A stretch of 64,000 nucleotides of DNA, from the NCBI GenBank assembly GCA_963762255.1, contig CAVXKA010000001.1, positions 1,152,001-1,216,000 of the forward strand, written 5' to 3'. Below the pieces are notes generated by a model. It saw only the letters and a program-made list of their open reading frames with translations, was not told where the DNA came from and made no database searches. Made by a program: the position numbers and the translations under genes. This DNA is from Candidatus Eiseniibacteriota bacterium. Its GTDB lineage: Bacteria > Eisenbacteria > RBG-16-71-46 > JABDJR01. Of the stretch, positions 59,286 to 64,000 are shown one piece after another; position 1 is the stretch's first letter; the number at the start of each line of letters is the position of its first letter.

Positions 59286-59314
59286 AGTATAACCAAAGTT
59301 ATACCCGGCGTCAA
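59286..59314 (-). promoter_or_regulatory. Leaderless sigma70 promoter with palindromic operator
   Basis: TTGACG-17-TATACT-7 nt-ATG; operator GTATAAC-caaa-GTTATAC. Confidence 0.85.
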
Positions 59315-59324
59315 GCGCGGGACT

Positions 59325-59344
59325 GTGCTCACCCGGGTGAGCAC
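59325..59344. repeat. Palindrome family copy 4 (20 bp, perfect)
   Basis: GTGCTCACCCGGGTGAGCAC. Confidence 0.9.
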
Positions 59345-59387
59345 CCGCCGCTTCTCCCCGCTGCGGATGACCCCGCATCGGCGGAAT

Positions 59388-59798
59388 TCACGCTTCCGTG
59401 TAGGGAACGAGATGCAGGCGGACCCATTTCGCCAGAGCCGGTTCGGACAAATCGCCCGCCGCGAGCTTCAGCATCACCCCAACCACATCGGCCTCGGGGG
59501 CCTCAAGGTCGTATCCGTTCAGTCCCAGGAAGACCAGCATGGCGAGAAACGCGACCCTCTTGTTTCCATCTCGATACGGGTGATTGCGGGCCAGACCGAA
59601 ACCGTATGTCGCCGCCAGGGTGGCGATGCTCACGCTACGTCGGTAGACCCACCGGTGCCGTGGGCGGGCAAGAGCGGATTCCAGGGCATTTTCATCCCGA
59701 ATCCCGGGCAGGCCGCCGTGCGTCCGGATGAGATCCATGTGCACGGCGTCCAGCACCACCCGGTCCACCCATGTCGGCTCAGGGCGCTGTCCGGGCAT
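59388..59798 (-). CDS. Doc (death-on-curing, Fic-fold) toxin
   Basis: HGGLPGIRDENALESALARP..NHPYRDGNKRVA. Confidence 0.93.
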   Translation of the reverse strand: MPGQRPEPTWVDRVVLDAVHMDLIRTHGGLPGIRDENALESALARPRHRWVYRRSVSIATLAATYGFGLARNHPYRDGNKRVAFLAMLVFLGLNGYDLEAPEADVVGVMLKLAAGDLSEPALAKWVRLHLVPYTEA

Positions 59799-59801
59799 GA
59801 T

Positions 59802-60029
59802 CTACTTCGCCAACTCCCGCAGCGCGTTCCGATACTTGCGCGCCGCCCGGGCCGCGATGGCCAACGCACGCTCGACGGTAGGGTCGTAGGGCGTCAGGAG
59901 GATTCCGCGGTCCGTCTCTATGGCAAGGACTCGATCGCCCACCTCGAGATGGAGCCGTTCCGCCATTTCTTTGGGAAGGGTGGCTCCGATGGAACCGCCG
60001 ACCTGACGAAGGACGATGTCTCGCGTCAT
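59802..60029 (-). CDS. AbrB/MazE-fold antitoxin
   Basis: LRQVGGSIGATLPKE..GD..GILLTPYDP..YRNALRELAK. Confidence 0.9.
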   Translation of the reverse strand: MTRDIVLRQVGGSIGATLPKEMAERLHLEVGDRVLAIETDRGILLTPYDPTVERALAIAARAARKYRNALRELAK

Positions 60030-60083
60030 GCTGTCTCCTGGGTGAGTGACCCGGTGGTTGCCGGCCAGTGTAGCACAAAAATG

Positions 60084-60467
60084 CTACGCCTTCCCCGCCT
60101 TCCCCAGCGCTTGATACGCCATGGCGAACAGCACCAGGAACACGGCGTCGGCAATCGCGAACGGCTTCCACATGCCGGGGATCCCGCTCGTGAGCCAGTA
60201 ATAGAACACGACCCCGCAGTAGGACGCCTTGAGCAGGATGCCGTAGGGGATGAGGTTCCTGTTGGCCACCGGATTGCGGGCCACCGCCAGGAACATGATC
60301 GCGAAGACGATCAGCAGGAGCCCGGGGAACTGGACGTAGCCGAAGTGGTTGGGCGGCGGCACGTTGAACCGCTGGAACATTGCGGCCCCGGCGAGCAGGA
60401 ACGCCAGACCGAGGATCCCGTCGTAGAGCGCGGCGATCACGAAGAACGGCCGGATAATGCCTCTCAA
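60084..60467 (-). CDS. Hypothetical 4-TM membrane protein
   Basis: TTGA overlap with the radical SAM stop; hydrophobic helices (FFVIAALYDGILGLAFLL...). Confidence 0.7.
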   Translation of the reverse strand: MRGIIRPFFVIAALYDGILGLAFLLAGAAMFQRFNVPPPNHFGYVQFPGLLLIVFAIMFLAVARNPVANRNLIPYGILLKASYCGVVFYYWLTSGIPGMWKPFAIADAVFLVLFAMAYQALGKAGKA

Positions 60468-61792
60468 GTTCCTGCCCCTTTCCGGCGATCGCGCATCGCG
60501 CCTCGCCTTCGGAACGTGTTGCGCCTCCAGCTCGTAAACTCGTCGCTGTAGAGGCGCACGACAAGCTTCTTGAACCCGTCGGCCAGCTCCTGTGGCGTCA
60601 TGTTGGCCGGCCGGTAGTTGACATCGAAGAGCGTGCACGCCTCCCACTTCCGCGGCGTGAGGATCCGCCCCTCGCGCTCCAGCCGCGTGTAGAGCGGCGT
60701 GCCGGGGAACGCGGTCAAGATGGTGACCTGCACCTCGTAGAGTTCCACCGCCTGCACGAAATCGAACACCTGGTCGAAGATCGCCGGGGTGTGGCCGTCG
60801 AGTCCCAGCACGAAGCAGCCGTTGACGGTGATGCCGTGCCCCTGGATCGTGCTGATCGCGTCCCGGTAGAACGGAAACATCCGGTGCTTCCAGTCGCCGT
60901 GAAGTTCGATCCCGGTCAGCCCGGCCTCGACGGGGCTCTCGAACCCGACCAGCACCTGCGCGCAACCGCTCTTGCGCATGAGGTCGAGCAACTCCTCGTC
61001 CTCGCTCACCGTGAGATCGGTCTCCGCGAACCAGCGAAGCTTCTTGTCTTCCAGCGCGGCAAGGAGTTCGCGCCAGTAGAGCTTGTCCACCATCGCGTTG
61101 TCGTCGGCGAACTCGATGAACGGCTTGTCCCAGATTTCCAGGATCCGGTCGATCTCGGCCAGGACGTTGGCCACCGGCTTCTGCTTGTAGCGGTCGGTGA
61201 GGAGCACGCTGCTCGCACAGAACTCGCATTGGTGCGGGCAGCCGCGACTGGTCTGCACGGTGAGGCGGTTGTACTTGTCGATGTCGAGCCGCTCGTATGC
61301 GGGGATGGGGGACTTGGCGATGTCGTAGCGAAGCGGGCGCGCGTCGTAGAGGCCATGCAGGTTGCCCGCGGCGGCGTCCGCCAGGACCTGCGGCCACAGC
61401 GGCTCGCCCTCGCCCGCGACCACCGCATCGCAGGATTCGAGCGCTTCGTCCGGAAGCGCGGTCACGTGCGGCCCGCCCATCACGACCGGCACTCCGGCGG
61501 CGCGGCACGCGCGAGCCAACGCGTAGGCCTCGTTCATTTGCGCGCTGTAGCTGGAGATTCCGATGAGATCGAAGCCCTTCGGAATGGGATCGCCGGCGGC
61601 GAACGCGGGCATTTCCACGTACTCGACGGTGTGCGGCGGCGGGGTCATCGCAGCCAGTGTGAGGAGCCCCAGGCTCGGTAAGGACGCGATCGTCTTGCTC
61701 CGCTCGACGAAGCCGGGAAGCGTGAGGCCCAGGCTCAGAAGCTCTTCATCGCAAACGCGGATTCCGCTCATGGCGACCAGGCCGACTCTCAT
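60464..61792 (-). CDS. B12-binding radical SAM protein
   Basis: PSLGLLTLAA, VVMGGPHVT, GEGE (cobalamin domain); RGCPHQCEFC; FADDN; VGFES; FPGTPLY. Confidence 0.93.
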   Translation of the reverse strand: MRVGLVAMSGIRVCDEELLSLGLTLPGFVERSKTIASLPSLGLLTLAAMTPPPHTVEYVEMPAFAAGDPIPKGFDLIGISSYSAQMNEAYALARACRAAGVPVVMGGPHVTALPDEALESCDAVVAGEGEPLWPQVLADAAAGNLHGLYDARPLRYDIAKSPIPAYERLDIDKYNRLTVQTSRGCPHQCEFCASSVLLTDRYKQKPVANVLAEIDRILEIWDKPFIEFADDNAMVDKLYWRELLAALEDKKLRWFAETDLTVSEDEELLDLMRKSGCAQVLVGFESPVEAGLTGIELHGDWKHRMFPFYRDAISTIQGHGITVNGCFVLGLDGHTPAIFDQVFDFVQAVELYEVQVTILTAFPGTPLYTRLEREGRILTPRKWEACTLFDVNYRPANMTPQELADGFKKLVVRLYSDEFTSWRRNTFRRRGAMRDRRKGAGT

Positions 61793-62163
61793 GAGATGAC
61801 CCTCCACAGGACGATGGCCACGCTGGACGTGACGCTGAGCGCGGGAATGAAGAAGAGGTTACGGAACGGCTTGCGGTACGCGGAGAGGTAGCAGACGAGC
61901 GGCATGGTCGCCGCGCCGACGATGAGAAGCGTGGAGGGGAGCGCGATGCCGGTCGTGAGCCCCAGCGTCTGCACCGTGTAGGCGAACCCGAGGTTCAAGA
62001 AGCCGAGACCGAAGAATGCGATATGGCCGAGGCGGATCATGCGGCGCGACCACGAACCATAGCCGCCGAGCCAGGTCTCGCCGTGAAAGAAGAGACCTGT
62101 GGTCAGCCCCGCGAGGCCGCCGAGGAAGAACCCTATCCATGCCGCGACCAGGTTCGCAGACAT
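61789..62163 (-). CDS. Hypothetical membrane protein
   Basis: WLGGYGSWSRRMIRLGHIAFFGLG; 4 TM segments; ATGA overlap. Confidence 0.75.
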   Translation of the reverse strand: MSANLVAAWIGFFLGGLAGLTTGLFFHGETWLGGYGSWSRRMIRLGHIAFFGLGFLNLGFAYTVQTLGLTTGIALPSTLLIVGAATMPLVCYLSAYRKPFRNLFFIPALSVTSSVAIVLWRVIS

Positions 62164-62235
62164 GCCGGCAGCATACGCCTCAGGGGGGTGGTAGGGGAGC
62201 CCGTTCTGCGGGGGGCTGTCCTGGACGGTCCGATA

Positions 62236-62250
62236 TCACCCGGGTGAGCA
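62236..62250. repeat. Palindrome family copy 5 (partial)
   Basis: TCACCCGGGTGAGCA, just after a stop codon. Confidence 0.7.
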
Positions 62251-62257
62251 GGTCGCG

Positions 62258-62512
62258 TTACTTCGATGCCGCGTTCTCTCGCGCAGCGCGGGCGGCCGCC
62301 GAGTCAGCCTGCTCCATCGCTCGCCCCACCACCCCCGCGCCGGGGAGCTTGGAGCGAGCGATCGTGCTGTCACGCTGGCGCTCGGTCATCTCGGCCGCCG
62401 GCTCGCGTTCCGATTCGCGCGCCTGCTCCGGCTTTCTCGACGAGCACGCGGCCAGCATTGCGGCGGTCGTGACGGCAGCCAGCACCAGGAGAGTCGATCT
62501 ACTTCTTAACAA
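62258..62512 (-). CDS. Small putative lipoprotein
   Basis: LAAC lipobox; MTERQRDSTIARSKLPGAGVVGRA. Start codon uncertain. Confidence 0.55.
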   Translation of the reverse strand: MLRSRSTLLVLAAVTTAAMLAACSSRKPEQARESEREPAAEMTERQRDSTIARSKLPGAGVVGRAMEQADSAAARAARENAASK

Positions 62513-63938
62513 ACCGCTTCCCGATCCACTCCGAGATCGCATTCAGCGCGTCCGGATTCATCGTCTCTTCGATGCCGAAGTACTCGTTGGGCGCCCCCGT
62601 CGTTGCCTTCTGGAAGAGGTGATTGAGGCCGGGCATCACCAGCACGGTGGCGTCCCTGTTTCCGCCCTTATTGAGCGCCTTCACGATCTCCGGCAGGTTC
62701 TGCTCCGGCGGCACCTGCGTGTCGAGGCTCCCGTTCAGCGCCAGGACCGGCACTCGCACCTTGGCCAGCGTCGGCCGCGGGTCGTAGCTCAAGAAGAACC
62801 GGAACCACGGGGTCATGAGCGCCGAGATCTGGCGTTCCAGCATGGCGTCGGGATCGTCGCCCAACTGTTTGCGCTCTTCGTCGCTCATGAGCGCGACCTG
62901 CTCGTGCGCGAGCGCCATCGCGCCATCGTGCAACCTCGCCGAATCCGTTTCCGTCGCCACAAGCTTCACGATCCGCTTCATGATCGCGACCTGTTGATCG
63001 GCCTTCTCCTGCGACCCGCCCGAAGCCAGCACGATCTTCCCGGTCTGCGCCGGAAGAATCTCCGAGCCCGGCACTCCCGGCCCCGCCAGCATCACCACGA
63101 ACGCGACGTTCTTGGACTGCGTCGCGGCCAGCGGTGCAATCAGGCCGCCCTCGCTGTGGCCCAGCAGACCGATGCGATTTCCTGCGATCGTGGAGCGGGT
63201 CCTCAAGAAGCTCACCGCGGCCAGCGCGTCCTTGGCGAAGTCCCGGGTGGTGGCCGTCGCGAAATTCCCCGTGGACTTGCCGACGCCTCGATCGTCATAG
63301 CGCAGCACCGCGATGCCGGCCCGCGTCAGGTGGTCGGAGAGCACCAGGAACGGCCGGTGGCTGAACACCGTCTCGTCGCGATCCTCCGGACCGCTTCCGG
63401 TGATGAGTACGACCGCGGCGAAGGGGCCGCCGCTCTCGGGCATCGTGAGCGTACCCGCCAGCCTGAAGTCGCCGTTCGGGATCGTCACCTCCTCCGAGCG
63501 GTAGGGGAGCGGCAATTCCGGTTCCTGCGGCCGCTTGATCCCCACCACGGCCTCGCGCCCGAGCTTGAACGGAAATGTCTGCCCGCCCTGCGTGAAGTCG
63601 CCGACGATGTCGCCGTCATCGAGACGCCCGGCGAACGTCGGATCGCCCGGTATGCCGGTGATGGAGAACCGCACCGAGTCTCCGGCCGCGGTGATCCTCT
63701 CGAGAGCGAGTCCCATCGCGCTCTGCATCGGGATGTCGATCGTGCCCGACCACACGCCGTCGTCCTGCTTCAGGTCCACCATCACCGTGAGCCCCGGATC
63801 CATGCCCGGAAGCTGGATCGCGCCCTCCCAGTGGCCGGTGAAGTCCTCGGCGGATGCAACGGCGGCGCCCATGCCCCCGCCCAGCGCCGGCGCGACCATG
63901 ATCAGAAACGCGACCAGAATCGAGAGTGCCGTCTTCAT
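62499..63938 (-). CDS. Secreted alpha/beta hydrolase (S9/CocE-like)
   Basis: LAGTLTMP, ITGSGPEDRDE, YDDRGVGKS, GHSEGG, NGSLDTQV, LNHLFQ. Confidence 0.9.
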   Translation of the reverse strand: MKTALSILVAFLIMVAPALGGGMGAAVASAEDFTGHWEGAIQLPGMDPGLTVMVDLKQDDGVWSGTIDIPMQSAMGLALERITAAGDSVRFSITGIPGDPTFAGRLDDGDIVGDFTQGGQTFPFKLGREAVVGIKRPQEPELPLPYRSEEVTIPNGDFRLAGTLTMPESGGPFAAVVLITGSGPEDRDETVFSHRPFLVLSDHLTRAGIAVLRYDDRGVGKSTGNFATATTRDFAKDALAAVSFLRTRSTIAGNRIGLLGHSEGGLIAPLAATQSKNVAFVVMLAGPGVPGSEILPAQTGKIVLASGGSQEKADQQVAIMKRIVKLVATETDSARLHDGAMALAHEQVALMSDEERKQLGDDPDAMLERQISALMTPWFRFFLSYDPRPTLAKVRVPVLALNGSLDTQVPPEQNLPEIVKALNKGGNRDATVLVMPGLNHLFQKATTGAPNEYFGIEETMNPDALNAISEWIGKRFVKK

Positions 63939-64000
63939 CCCCATATCCCCATGCTTGCGAAGCTCACCGTGCCGGTGTCGTCGGTCGTCTGTTCGTAGCG
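63935..64000 (-). CDS. 3' end of an upstream gene (partial)
   Basis: Open frame RYEQTTDDTGTVSFASMGIWG* whose TGA overlaps the hydrolase ATG (ATGA). Confidence 0.5.
   Translation of the reverse strand, partial: RYEQTTDDTGTVSFASMGIWG

Noticed and set aside
57409-59344. Palindrome copies read as a CRISPR array
   Set aside because: Spacing is hundreds to thousands of bp with whole genes in between; no cas genes.
62016-63998. Long antisense ORFs (e.g. 62016-63998 +, 16417-18606 -, 21413-23332 +, 26575-28452 +)
   Set aside because: Shadow frames of real genes in high-GC DNA; no recognisable motifs.

Overview
High-GC bacterial chromosome segment. Several secreted proteins end in FlgD-Ig/T9SS-like C-terminal domains, which suggests an FCB-group candidate lineage such as Ca. 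Eisenbacteria (inference). Bases 1-40.5 kb are mostly housekeeping and envelope genes: a CsgG/TPR/beta-barrel operon, an RND efflux operon, rtcB-archease, M1 peptidase, pcm, Ca/Na antiporter, AhpC, an atypical rho and typA. Many single-base frameshifts here look like long-read consensus errors. From about 40.55 to 54.7 kb lies a visibly less GC-rich defence island with no integrase. It begins at a degenerate duplicate of the typA promoter and 5' end. It holds a Type I R-M system and a co-oriented cluster: ATPase-TIR, [attC-like site], TIR-SLOG, ThsB-like TIR, Nmad2, a small ORF, a dNMP-kinase/5hmdU-DNA-kinase-helical fusion and a thymidylate synthase/hydroxymethylase-like gene. This TIR-signalling plus nucleotide-modification cluster is the best candidate for an undescribed system. 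Downstream are dps, a Bcp peroxiredoxin with an in-frame UGA and SECIS-like hairpin (selenoprotein), and a dense toxin-antitoxin array punctuated by a recurring perfect palindrome (TGCTCACCCGGGTGAGCA). A B12-radical SAM operon and an alpha/beta hydrolase close the window. All family calls come from motif recognition, not database searches.
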